This document shows positions 1 to 8,373 of a stretch of DNA of 11,502 nt, in pieces; position 1 is the stretch's first letter; each line of letters starts with the position of its first letter. Position numbers and translations under genes: made by a program. A model generated the notes under the pieces. The model did not search any database. It was not told where the DNA came from and saw only the letters and a program-made list of their open reading frames with translations. This DNA comes from Halobacteriaceae archaeon. GTDB taxonomy: Archaea; Halobacteriota; Halobacteria; Halobacteriales; Halobacteriaceae. The stretch spans positions 1 to 11,502 of the forward strand of contig JBDGRB010000125.1 of NCBI GenBank assembly GCA_042218485.1, read 5' to 3'.

Positions 1-440
1 TCAAGCCGTTCACCGATAAAGTCTGGTTCAAATTCACTGGTCTGTAACAATTGGAGTGTTCCGGTACGAACACTTTGGGGGTCCCGATCAGTCACATATT
101 CATATGCGTGTTTAATGGATCCGCCAGTATCGGCTATGTCATCGATTATGAGTACGTCTTTATTTTCAACGCTCCCTTCCGGCATTGGATATCGAATTTC
201 TGGCTCACCAGTTTTTTCGGCCGTGCCAACGTAATGCTCCATTTTTAAACTCGTTAAATCATCCAATCCAAGGAAATCACATAAACACCGGCCTGCAAAC
301 CAACCACCGCGAGCGAGCGCAACGATTACATCAGGATCGAATTGGTCGGTTTTCACTTGATGACTCACATCTCTGCAAAGATCGTATATGTAATCCCAAT
401 TTGTAATAGTGCATTTAAACTCGTCTGGAAGGTCGGTCAT
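1..440 (-). CDS. Purine (hypoxanthine/guanine-type) phosphoribosyltransferase, archaeal type. The N-terminal ~146 codons are in the window; the C-terminus runs off the left edge.
   Basis: I translated the reverse complement from the ATG at 440-438: MTDLPDEFKCTITNWDYIYDLCRDVSHQVKTDQFDPDVIVALARGGWFAGRCLCDFLGLDDLTSLKMEHYVGTAEKTGEPEIRYPMPEGSVENKDVLIIDDIADTGGSIKHAYEYVTDRDPQSVRTGTLQLLQTSEFEPDFIGERL, open to position 1. VLIIDDIADTGGS is the PRPP-binding motif of type I phosphoribosyltransferases. The supplied ORF track omits it because it is open at the window edge. Confidence 0.8.
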   Translation of the reverse strand, partial: MTDLPDEFKCTITNWDYIYDLCRDVSHQVKTDQFDPDVIVALARGGWFAGRCLCDFLGLDDLTSLKMEHYVGTAEKTGEPEIRYPMPEGSVENKDVLIIDDIADTGGSIKHAYEYVTDRDPQSVRTGTLQLLQTSEFEPDFIGERL

Positions 441-502
441 ATCTGTCCCCGTATTTGTTCGGTCTTAAACGCCTTAAAGGGCATACTTTCTTTCTGTAAT
501 TA

Positions 503-523
503 AACCGGTTGGTAGTAACTACC
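503..523. promoter_or_regulatory. Two adjacent perfect palindromes in the promoter region between the divergent phosphoribosyltransferase and PhzF genes: aaccggtt (503-510) and ggtagt-a-actacc (511-523).
   Basis: Read directly: aaccggtt equals its own reverse complement, and ggtagtaactacc has 6-bp arms around a 1-nt spacer. They lie 63-83 nt upstream of the minus-strand start at 440. Confidence 0.3.
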
Positions 524-580
524 TATCTATGGTCCAGCATAAAATTCGTAATTTGAAAAACGTATGTCATAAGAATTAAC

Positions 581-597
581 ATCTCATAGTATGAGAT
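581..597. promoter_or_regulatory. Perfect 17-bp palindrome atctcata-g-tatgagat, 13 nt upstream of the PhzF start codon. Candidate operator overlapping the likely transcription start.
   Basis: Read directly: the reverse complement of atctcata is tatgagat, giving 8-bp arms around a 1-nt spacer. It ends 13 nt before the ATG at 610. Confidence 0.35.
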
Positions 598-609
598 TTA
601 GCCACCAAT

Positions 610-1503
610 ATGGACATTTCTCAGATTGATGTATTCACGACCGAACCATTGACAGGAAATCCTGCTGGTATTATTCGTGAGGCGAGTGATTTAACTGAAA
701 AACAAATGCAAGCGATAGCTCGTGAACTGGCAGTTAGTGAAACCGCTTTTCTTTTGCCAAGTGAAGTTGCCGACTACCGCATCCGCTATTTCACACCCAC
801 TACAGAGGTTGAATTATGTGGTCATGCAACGATAGGCGCTATGGCCCTATTATATGAGGAAGATCAAATCGCCACAGGTACATATTCACTGGACACCAAA
901 AGTGGGCAAATCAAAGTTTCAGTTGAGAATGATGGGACAGTATGGATGGAACAAGAGACGCCTGAGGTATCTCCTGTTGATATCTCGTATGAGAGAATCG
1001 CATCAATTCTCAATATGAAGGAAATCGCCCTCACGGAAATGGATACTGACCTCCAACCAGCGATAGCATCCACTGGTCTACCATTCCTTATTCTTCCCGT
1101 AACATATCTCGATCAATTGGGAAATGCAAATCCAGATGACGAGGCAGTAGAAGAACTTTGTGAGGAGTATGATGCCAAGGGCATATACGCCTTTACGTTT
1201 GATACATTAGAGGCTGATTCGACACTACATGGACGATGTTTTGTTTCGCCGGTGGGGATTACTGAGGATCCGGTTACAGGCACTGCAAGCGGAGCATGCG
1301 GAGGGTATCTCGAAGAAATGGATGTATTTGATACGTTTCCGGAAACGCTCAAATTTGAACAGGGTCATTTCATCGATCGGCCAGGTATCGTTCAGGTTCG
1401 GGTCGATTCAACGGTGAGTGTTGGAGGAAAAGCAATACAGGTAATCGATGGATCGATGAGTATCCCTGAAACAACGACCGAAGATATAATCGAACCGAGT
1501 TAA
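610..1503 (+). CDS. PhzF-family protein (phenazine-biosynthesis-like isomerase, diaminopimelate-epimerase fold).
   Basis: 297 aa. The N-terminus MDISQIDVFTTEPLTGNPAGII matches the PhzF consensus (x-x-VDAFT-x-x-x-F-x-GNPAAVV). The length is typical for the family and the protein is acidic. Confidence 0.85.
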   Translation: MDISQIDVFTTEPLTGNPAGIIREASDLTEKQMQAIARELAVSETAFLLPSEVADYRIRYFTPTTEVELCGHATIGAMALLYEEDQIATGTYSLDTKSGQIKVSVENDGTVWMEQETPEVSPVDISYERIASILNMKEIALTEMDTDLQPAIASTGLPFLILPVTYLDQLGNANPDDEAVEELCEEYDAKGIYAFTFDTLEADSTLHGRCFVSPVGITEDPVTGTASGACGGYLEEMDVFDTFPETLKFEQGHFIDRPGIVQVRVDSTVSVGGKAIQVIDGSMSIPETTTEDIIEPS

Positions 1504-1946
1504 CTATTCAATTCGAAATCATCGTCATGTTGTGACTGTCGTTGCGCTGTTTTCCGATTTGATTGACGAATGTCATCTTGAATATCCGCTAGCCGACTGT
1601 CTAATAGACTCATTATATCACTTTTGACGTGTTCTGTATCGAATTCGTCGGTTAAATCTTCTTTAATCGCTCCGGTGAGTGTTTTATAAAATACCAACCA
1701 TTTACCAAAACGCCATATAGCAATCCCAACGAGACTCAGAATAACACCGGGTATAGCTGATTGCAACGCAGTATTCAGTGTCCCTGTTTGCTGATAGGTG
1801 TTGACAGCACTTCGGATCCAAAATTCCCAGCTCACAATAACGAATACAATACCGATGACCATAGCGATACTTGACAGTATAAAATAATATGCAGCCCACC
1901 GCATTGCACGCAGTGTATCCATGGTGGGGAATACTCCTACTACCAT
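1500..1946 (-). CDS. Hypothetical integral membrane protein of ~140-148 aa. It has three predicted TM helices and an acidic C-terminal tail.
   Basis: Hydrophobic stretches WAAYYFILSSIAMVIGIVFVIVSW and IPGVILSLVGIAIWRFGKWLVF, then an acidic tail DLTDEFDTEHV...DDDFELNS. The start may instead be the internal M (MDTLRAMRW, ATG at 1925), which puts a T-rich TATA-like run (rc of 1953-1965, ttttttatgg) about 30 nt upstream. Its stop codon overlaps the PhzF stop on the opposite strand by 2 nt. Confidence 0.55.
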   Translation of the reverse strand: MVVGVFPTMDTLRAMRWAAYYFILSSIAMVIGIVFVIVSWEFWIRSAVNTYQQTGTLNTALQSAIPGVILSLVGIAIWRFGKWLVFYKTLTGAIKEDLTDEFDTEHVKSDIMSLLDSRLADIQDDIRQSNRKTAQRQSQHDDDFELNS

Positions 1947-2006
1947 AAAAAATTGCGTGTGACAATGTTCGCAATCTTCATAGGGTCTATCCGATATTAT
2001 TGATAT

Positions 2007-4265
2007 ATGGCTGTACTCTGGTTGGACGACATACGAGCAAATGAGGTCGAAAATGTTGGTGGTAAGGGTGCATCTTTGGGCGAGATGACTGATGCGGGGT
2101 TGCCTGTTCCAGATGCCTTCGTTATTACCGCTGATACCTATAGATCGTTTATCGAAGAGACAGGGATTCAGGATGAGTTGTTTGACATCGTTGACGTGGA
2201 TCCTGAGAATAGCTCAGCATTAGCCAATGCTGAAACAATGGCTAAAGAGCTGATTATGGAGACGGAATTGCCTGATGAAGAAAAAGAAAACATTCTCTCG
2301 GCGTACAACGAACTGATTTCGGATTCAGGCTTAGTTGCTGTTCGCTCCTCTGCTACTGCCGAAGATTTACCAGACGCAAGCTTTGCCGGGCAACAAGAGA
2401 CATTCCTAAACGTATCCGAGGATGAATTAATCGATCGGGTTAAACGATGCTGGGCATCGCTATTTACTCAACGGGCGATCTATTATCGTGAAGAGCAATC
2501 ATTTTCGCATTCGAAAGTTGATATCGCAGTCGTCGTCCAAAAAATGATCGACGCGGACAAATCAGGGGTCCTTTTCACGAGTCATCCTTCGACAGGTGAG
2601 CCCGAAATCATCATTGAAGCTGCGTGGGGTCTTGGGGAAGCTGTCGTCTCCGGTGCTGTTTCACCAGATAACTATGTAATCGATAGAGAGACGGGTACGA
2701 TAGAAGACGTGACTGTCGCCGAGAAAAAGGTGATGCATACATTAGACACTGATCAAGAAACAACAGTAGAACAGGAAGTCCCCGAGAATAAACGGAACAC
2801 CCAAGTATTGTCTGAAGATGAGATCCAACAACTCGTTGCGATGGCAAACCGAATAGAGGAACATTACGATGTTCCCCAAGATGTAGAATGGGCGATAAAA
2901 GACGGAGAAGTATATACACTCCAATCTCGACCAATTACGACTATCGACGATGGCGAAATAGAAACTGAATCAGGGAAAGATTCGGATACTGGAGAACTTC
3001 TCAGCGGGCTTGGTGCGAGTCCAGGTATTGCGAGTGGCGCGGTACGAATAGTTGCGAAGCTCGATCAACTCGATAAAGTGAGTGAAGGTGATATCATTGT
3101 AACCGAAATGACGACGCCCGATATGGTGCCTGCGATGAAACGTGCTTCAGGAATTGTCACCGATGAAGGGGGTATGACAAGTCATGCGGCTATTGTCTCC
3201 CGTGAACTTGGAGTACCAGCTGTTGTTGGTACTGGAAATGCAACCCGACTTTTACAGGACGATCAAATTATTACAATCGATGGGGATCGTGGATCGGTTC
3301 GTGAAGGTGAGGAGGAAGAAGTTGAGGAACGAGAACCAATCGAAGAAGCGCGGCCAAAGACGCCTGTCAAGCCGATGACTGCGACTGAAGTCAAGGTGAA
3401 TATTTCTATCCCTGAAGCAGCAGAACGAGCAGCCGCGACGGGCGCGGATGGTGTTGGATTACTCAGAATCGAACATCTTATTTTATCAACGAATAAGACA
3501 CCAGAACGATACATTGCGGATCATGGAAAGGACGCATATATTGAGGAAATAGTCTCAGGTGTCAGACGAGTTGCCGATGAGTTTTATCCTCGCCCTGTAC
3601 GCGTGCGAACACTTGATGCACCGACAGATGAATTTCGGCAGTTAGAAGGGGGCGAACACGAGCCCAGCGAACACAATCCAATGCTTGGATTTCGCGGTAT
3701 TCGGCGGAGTTTAGAAGATGTCGAAGTTTTCAAACAGGAACTCAAAGCGTTTGCCCGATTATACGAGTTAGGGTATGACAATGTCGAGATTATGTTCCCA
3801 CTCGTCAATGATGTTGAAGATGTCAAAAAATCACGAAAACTTATGGAGGAAGTTGGCATCGATACGGAGAAACGTGATTGGGGGGTTATGATCGAGACGC
3901 CTGCCAGTGCTTTACAGATAGACGAAATGGCCGCAGAGGGCATCGACTTTGCTAGTTTCGGAACTAACGATTTAACACAGTATACTCTTGCCGTCGATCG
4001 AAATAATACTAAAGTCGCTGATCGGTATGATGAACTTCACCCAGCCGTGCTGGAGCTCATCAGTAAAACTATCAAAGTCTGTCGTGAGCACGATATTAAA
4101 TCAAGTATTTGTGGACAGGCAGCCTCGAAACCAGAGATGGTCAGGTTCCTTGTAAACGAAGGAATAAGCTCTATTAGTGCAAATATCGATGCGGTACGGG
4201 ACGTTCAACACGAAGTAAAACGAGTTGAACAACGGCTACTCTTGGAAGCGACACGAGATATTTAA
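2007..4265 (+). CDS. ppsA: Phosphoenolpyruvate synthase (pyruvate, water dikinase).
   Basis: 752 aa. The N-terminus MAVLWLDDIRANEVENVGGKGASLGEM is the canonical PpsA start. The phosphohistidine-domain signature GGMTSHAAIVSRELGVPAVVG and a C-terminal PEP-utilising TIM-barrel region (NDLTQY, MIETPA) are present. A halophile-style acidic insertion GEEEEVEEREPIEE sits between the domains. Confidence 0.95.
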   Translation: MAVLWLDDIRANEVENVGGKGASLGEMTDAGLPVPDAFVITADTYRSFIEETGIQDELFDIVDVDPENSSALANAETMAKELIMETELPDEEKENILSAYNELISDSGLVAVRSSATAEDLPDASFAGQQETFLNVSEDELIDRVKRCWASLFTQRAIYYREEQSFSHSKVDIAVVVQKMIDADKSGVLFTSHPSTGEPEIIIEAAWGLGEAVVSGAVSPDNYVIDRETGTIEDVTVAEKKVMHTLDTDQETTVEQEVPENKRNTQVLSEDEIQQLVAMANRIEEHYDVPQDVEWAIKDGEVYTLQSRPITTIDDGEIETESGKDSDTGELLSGLGASPGIASGAVRIVAKLDQLDKVSEGDIIVTEMTTPDMVPAMKRASGIVTDEGGMTSHAAIVSRELGVPAVVGTGNATRLLQDDQIITIDGDRGSVREGEEEEVEEREPIEEARPKTPVKPMTATEVKVNISIPEAAERAAATGADGVGLLRIEHLILSTNKTPERYIADHGKDAYIEEIVSGVRRVADEFYPRPVRVRTLDAPTDEFRQLEGGEHEPSEHNPMLGFRGIRRSLEDVEVFKQELKAFARLYELGYDNVEIMFPLVNDVEDVKKSRKLMEEVGIDTEKRDWGVMIETPASALQIDEMAAEGIDFASFGTNDLTQYTLAVDRNNTKVADRYDELHPAVLELISKTIKVCREHDIKSSICGQAASKPEMVRFLVNEGISSISANIDAVRDVQHEVKRVEQRLLLEATRDI

Positions 4266-4310
4266 CTCCTACAGGCTACGTCCCCGCCCTCAAGGAGCGC
4301 CCCGAAGGCA

Positions 4311-4358
4311 CGAGTAGGGGGGTAGTTTACCTCTCTTATCAAGCTACTCGCATTTTTG
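4311..4358 (+). terminator. Hairpin plus T-run downstream of ppsA: cgagtag (4311-4317) pairs with ctactcg (4344-4350), followed by ttttt (4354-4358). A second T5 run lies at 4370-4374.
   Basis: Read directly: 7-bp inverted repeat with a ~26-nt loop, then oligo-T, about 46 nt after the ppsA stop. Archaeal termination commonly uses oligo-T tracts. Confidence 0.4.
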
Positions 4359-4400
4359 AGAACGGAGGGTTTTTCCATATTCGGTCTCCCATAGATAGGT

Positions 4401-5516
4401 ATGCAATCTCATCCTGCGTTGGTTATTATAGCCTCATTAATAATCATCACTGCCGGATGTGGTACTTATCTTGGTGGATCCCCCTCCAAAACAACGCCCT
4501 TAACAACGGCACCCGTTGATGAACAAGATCTGCCTCCAGGAGTTTCTCAGTCTGGCTTCACTAACGTTTCCCTCCTGTTATCACAACATCGAAGTGTACT
4601 TGCAAATTCAAGTTTCCAGATCAAAGCTCAGTCAAAGGTTATCCTGAACAAGGGCAACCAACAAATTACCCGAAACACGTCACAACAGAGTTGGGTGGCC
4701 GCTGGGTTGTCGCCCTTTTATGTAACGATTGAAGCGAATGGATCAAGAATTTCACAAACTGTTCATTTTTGGGGAAATGCAACGACAGCAGTCTCTCAAC
4801 AGATCAGAGCAGAACAGGTTCGATATCAACCATTCCCTGCACAAGTTAATAAAACAAATTTCCTTACGTTTACAAACACATTACGGGGCTACCTCAAAAT
4901 TGGCAACTTCTCAGTAACCGACGTCGAATCAACATCACAAGGAAAGGTCTACACATTGACTGCAATCTCAGCGAATGTAACTAGAGAAACACAGTTACGA
5001 GGTATCAACATTACAGATTATAGCGCTCAGGTAACAGTATCCTCAAAGGGCGTAATTCGAAGTCTCACTGTCGACCTCACCTCGAAATCTCCCCAAGGGA
5101 CTACAGAATTTCATTTACAATATAATCTCCTCAAACGAGGGGACGTATCTGTTCCAAAACCAAAATGGATAGATAAAGCTCTCAAGAAAACTATTCAGGT
5201 AACGGTAACTGCAGACATCGTGCAGCAAAAATATATTACATTAACACATACGAGTGGAGAATCGATCCCTTCGAATTCATTTGTTGTCTTACGCGGAGGA
5301 AAGCGTCAGTTTTCGTCGCAATTGCAAAAATCTCTCAAAAAGAATGAAACTATTTATCTCTATATTCCGCAAAATAGTCGGCGGGTCAAAATATCATCGA
5401 CACGGCCAGTGAATGTTTCTGCAAGGAATCTGAAAAATATAACAACCCTTTCGATAATTGGTCCAAATGGGGGACGACTCGTCCAATTAACCTTCAATCC
5501 AAATTCATCCCACTGA
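4401..5516 (+). CDS. Secreted lipoprotein of unknown function, probably heavily N-glycosylated, with an atypically basic composition.
   Basis: The N-terminus MQSHPALVIIASLIIITAGC has a hydrophobic core followed by a lipobox-like TAGC, with no twin arginine, so it looks like a Sec-type lipoprotein. I count about 13 N-x-S/T sequons (NVS, NSS, NTS, NGS, NAT, NKT, NFS, NVT, NIT, NET, NVS, NIT, NSS). By my count there are roughly 40 K+R against about 16 D+E. Confidence 0.7.
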   Translation: MQSHPALVIIASLIIITAGCGTYLGGSPSKTTPLTTAPVDEQDLPPGVSQSGFTNVSLLLSQHRSVLANSSFQIKAQSKVILNKGNQQITRNTSQQSWVAAGLSPFYVTIEANGSRISQTVHFWGNATTAVSQQIRAEQVRYQPFPAQVNKTNFLTFTNTLRGYLKIGNFSVTDVESTSQGKVYTLTAISANVTRETQLRGINITDYSAQVTVSSKGVIRSLTVDLTSKSPQGTTEFHLQYNLLKRGDVSVPKPKWIDKALKKTIQVTVTADIVQQKYITLTHTSGESIPSNSFVVLRGGKRQFSSQLQKSLKKNETIYLYIPQNSRRVKISSTRPVNVSARNLKNITTLSIIGPNGGRLVQLTFNPNSSH

Positions 5517-5526
5517 GTATTGTCGT

Positions 5527-6063
5527 ATGTTTATACCTGTACTCCTTGGCTTGGACTTTGGCCTCAAAACAGCAGTTAAGACGGCTCGGGGACCAGCTGG
5601 ATTAATTCTTATTTTCATCTATTCGTTTTTAATTGCCTTCATTCTTCCAGGCGTGAGTGAAGTTGTATTAGTTGCTCCTCTCAAACTCGGTCTTCCTACT
5701 TGGGCACGGTTTGCCATCATTATTTTGGTCAGTTCAGTAGGGAAAGCGATCGGGAGTGTATTTGCATTTCATATCGGCCAAGAAGCGAAAACATCTGGGC
5801 CTGTAATTAGACTCTTACGAAATAGTCGCATTGATATCGTCGAGTGGTCACAATCCCGTATCATTCAACTTTCACGTAAATATGGGTATGTCGGGCTGGC
5901 TCTGGGGTTGAGTGTTCCAGGGTTTCCTGATACATTGTCGATATATGCTTTTGCTGTACTGGAGCAAGATTATTTGAAGTTCGCCTTAGCAACCTTCGCT
6001 GGAAGCGTTGGTAGATTGCTTATAGTTTTGGGACTGATCCGAGGACTCTTGGTGCTTGCCTAA
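5527..6063 (+). CDS. Small polytopic membrane protein, probably of the VTT-domain family (DedA/YqaA-like).
   Basis: 178 aa with 4-5 hydrophobic segments. FILPGVSEVVLVAPLKLG resembles the DedA/YqaA loop motif. Its start is only 10 nt after the lipoprotein stop, so the two are probably co-transcribed. Confidence 0.55.
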   Translation: MFIPVLLGLDFGLKTAVKTARGPAGLILIFIYSFLIAFILPGVSEVVLVAPLKLGLPTWARFAIIILVSSVGKAIGSVFAFHIGQEAKTSGPVIRLLRNSRIDIVEWSQSRIIQLSRKYGYVGLALGLSVPGFPDTLSIYAFAVLEQDYLKFALATFAGSVGRLLIVLGLIRGLLVLA

Positions 6064-6114
6064 TATTTTGTATATTGGCGAAACAGGTTTTCCAATGTAA
6101 AGTAATTGTGAACA

Positions 6115-6144
6115 CAACTGGAGCAGGAAAAACCAGTTGGTTTT
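6115..6144 (+). other. Stem-loop caactgg (6115-6121) / ccagttg (6133-6139) with an 11-nt loop, then gtttt. It lies in the leader region upstream of the MetRS gene.
   Basis: Read directly: perfect 7-bp inverted repeat followed by T4, 28 nt before the ATG at 6172. It could terminate the upstream unit or be a leader structure. Confidence 0.25.
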
Positions 6145-6171
6145 AGGCACCGTACTGAATACATCAAAGTA

Positions 6172-8247
6172 ATGACCCGTGAAGCCTATCCGACCGAGGA
6201 AGCGGCTGTAGTGACCTGCGGACTTCCATATGCAAATGGAAGATTGCATATTGGGCATATGCGAACGTTCGTCGGCGGGGATATCTTCGCCCGTGGATTA
6301 CGCAAACTCGGCCAGCAGACGGCCTTCGTTTGTGGTTCGGATATGCATGGAACACCGGTCGTTGTTAATGCAGAGCAAGAGGGAACAGAACCCGAAGAGT
6401 TTGCGCTTCGCCATCATGAAAAGTACAAGCAAACGTTTCCGGAATTCAATGTCGAATTTGATCATTATGGCCATACACGAGAACAAACAAATATTGAATT
6501 GACAACGGAGATCGTCAATGCGCTCATTGAAGGTGGGCATATAATAGAGAAAGAAATTCAGGTCGCATGGGATCCAGAAAAAGATCAACCATTACCTGAT
6601 CGGTATATAGAGGGCACATGCCCTTATTGTGGAGCAAAAGCAAGAGGAGACGAATGTGATGAAGGATGTCAACGCCATCTTGAACCAGGGGAGATAGAAA
6701 ATCCGACAAGTGTTATCACGGGTAATCCAGCCGAATTTCGGTCACGGCGCCATAAATTTTTCCGCCTGGAAGATTTCCAGGAATATCTCCAAAAATTTAT
6801 CGACCGGCTTGAAGGAACAAGTAATGCCATTAATCAACCCAAAGAGTGGATTGAAGGCGAGCTACAAGACTGGTGTATCACACGTGATCTCGATTGGGGA
6901 ATCGATTATCCCGGCGAAGAGGCAGAAGATCTCGTTTTATATGTATGGGTTGATGCTCCTGTTGAGTATATTTCGAGTACAAAACAATACACGATGGATG
7001 TCGGACAGGAAGTTTTTGACTGGGAGGATCCATGGAAAGATGATGGCGAAATCATTCATGTGATTGGCCAAGATATTATTCAGCATCACACCGTGTTTTG
7101 GCCAGCAATGCTCCGAGGCGCGGATTTCAATGAGCCGCGAGCAGTTATGGCAGCGGGATTTGTCAACCTTGATGGGAAAGGATTTTCTACGAGTCGCAAT
7201 CGTGCAGTCTGGGTCGATGAATATCTTGAAGAAGGATTCCATCCAGATTTATACAGGTATTATGTAGCTACAGGGTCGAGTTTTCAGCAAGAAATCGATT
7301 TCTCATGGGACCGCTTTCAAGAACGTATCAATGCTGAATTAGTCGGAACAATCGGGAATTTTGTTTATCGATCGTTACTATTTGCGGATCGCAATTACGA
7401 TGGAACACCATCGACATCTGTTTCAAAAAAAGTAGAGAAACGAATACGAGAAGCCATCGAAGAATTCGAATCGGCAATAAATGATTATTCATTGCGACGT
7501 CTCGGGAAAGTTGCCACGGACCTTGCCATGTATGGCAATGAATATATCCAACAGCACGAACCGTGGAAAACTATTGATGAACATCCCAGCGAAGCAAAAC
7601 AAGTAATTCGGGATTGTGTTCAACTCGTCAAAGCTGTGGCTGTATTATTGGAGCCGATCGCCCCAGGAAAAACCGAAGAACTGTGGTCTCAACTCGGCGA
7701 AGAGCCATCTATTCATGAAATTGAACTGACGAAGGCGTTAGAATCACCTCCCGGCACCTTTGATAAAGAGCCAACAGAATTGTTTACGAAAATAGCAGAT
7801 GAACGGGTCGACGAATTAAATGCAAAATTAGAGGCTCGGATCGAGTCCACAGAAGAATCTACAGAGGCAGAAGGAGAAGCGACTGAGACATCTACTGCGG
7901 AACAATCTCAGTATGAAGAATTAGTCGATAAGCGAATTTCATTTGAAACATTCCAGGATCTTGATTTACGCGTGGGAGAGATTGTTTCTGTGGAGGAAAT
8001 TGAGGGGGCAGATGAACTTGTTAAATTAGAGGTTGACATTGGTATTGAAACGCGACAAATCGTTGCAGGGATCCGGCAATTACATGATCTTCAAACATTA
8101 CCGGGCAAACGAGTTATTGTTGTGGCAAATCTGAAAAAAACCGAATTATTTGGTGTCGAAAGCAACGGCATGATTCTTGCTGCTGGTGACGAAGCAGATT
8201 TATTGACGACACACGGTGAGAGTGAACCAGGTACCCGAGTTAAATAG
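6172..8247 (+). CDS. metG: Methionyl-tRNA synthetase with a C-terminal EMAP/Trbp111-like tRNA-binding domain.
   Basis: 691 aa. HIGH motif in PYANGRLHIGHMRT. Zinc knuckle CPYCGAKARGDECDEGC. A KMSKS-region variant, KGFSTSRN. The C-terminal domain ISFETFQDLDLRVGEIV...LPGKRVIVVANLKKTELFGVESNGMILAAGDE is the OB-fold tRNA-binding appendix. The acidic linker ESTEESTEAEGEATETSTAEQ is typical of halophilic proteins. Confidence 0.95.
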   Translation: MTREAYPTEEAAVVTCGLPYANGRLHIGHMRTFVGGDIFARGLRKLGQQTAFVCGSDMHGTPVVVNAEQEGTEPEEFALRHHEKYKQTFPEFNVEFDHYGHTREQTNIELTTEIVNALIEGGHIIEKEIQVAWDPEKDQPLPDRYIEGTCPYCGAKARGDECDEGCQRHLEPGEIENPTSVITGNPAEFRSRRHKFFRLEDFQEYLQKFIDRLEGTSNAINQPKEWIEGELQDWCITRDLDWGIDYPGEEAEDLVLYVWVDAPVEYISSTKQYTMDVGQEVFDWEDPWKDDGEIIHVIGQDIIQHHTVFWPAMLRGADFNEPRAVMAAGFVNLDGKGFSTSRNRAVWVDEYLEEGFHPDLYRYYVATGSSFQQEIDFSWDRFQERINAELVGTIGNFVYRSLLFADRNYDGTPSTSVSKKVEKRIREAIEEFESAINDYSLRRLGKVATDLAMYGNEYIQQHEPWKTIDEHPSEAKQVIRDCVQLVKAVAVLLEPIAPGKTEELWSQLGEEPSIHEIELTKALESPPGTFDKEPTELFTKIADERVDELNAKLEARIESTEESTEAEGEATETSTAEQSQYEELVDKRISFETFQDLDLRVGEIVSVEEIEGADELVKLEVDIGIETRQIVAGIRQLHDLQTLPGKRVIVVANLKKTELFGVESNGMILAAGDEADLLTTHGESEPGTRVK

Positions 8248-8373
8248 TGTCGACGACTGAAAAAGTTGATTTCGACAAGGAACAATGGTCTCTTGAGGGG
8301 GTCCATACGTGGTATTCCGGCTATCAAGGAAACGAAATTCGTATGAATAGCGGATGTATATTTTTTGGCTACG

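Noticed and set aside
51-406. Plus-strand ORFs 51..248 and 185..406 from the six-frame track.
   Set aside because: They lie antisense to the clearly coding minus-strand phosphoribosyltransferase frame (PRPP-binding motif VLIIDDIADTGGS). Their products are low-complexity with no recognisable domain, so they are frame shadows.
1702-1974. 90-aa minus-strand ORF overlapping the 1500..1946 membrane-protein gene in another frame.
   Set aside because: It is Cys/Tyr/Arg-rich with no TM or domain pattern. The co-located frame encodes a coherent three-helix membrane protein.
2611-3943. Minus-strand ORFs inside ppsA (2611..2934, 2742..2924, 3263..3514, 3584..3943) and plus-strand 3184..3378.
   Set aside because: All are embedded in or antisense to the strongly supported PEP synthase reading frame. 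They are S/R/L-rich, typical of antisense translation of an acidic protein.
6230-7267. Multiple 60-117-aa ORFs overlapping metG on both strands, plus 5986..6258 and 6164..6355.
   Set aside because: They overlap the MetRS frame with its HIGH motif, zinc knuckle and anticodon-binding domain, and none has a domain signature. They are alternative-frame artefacts.
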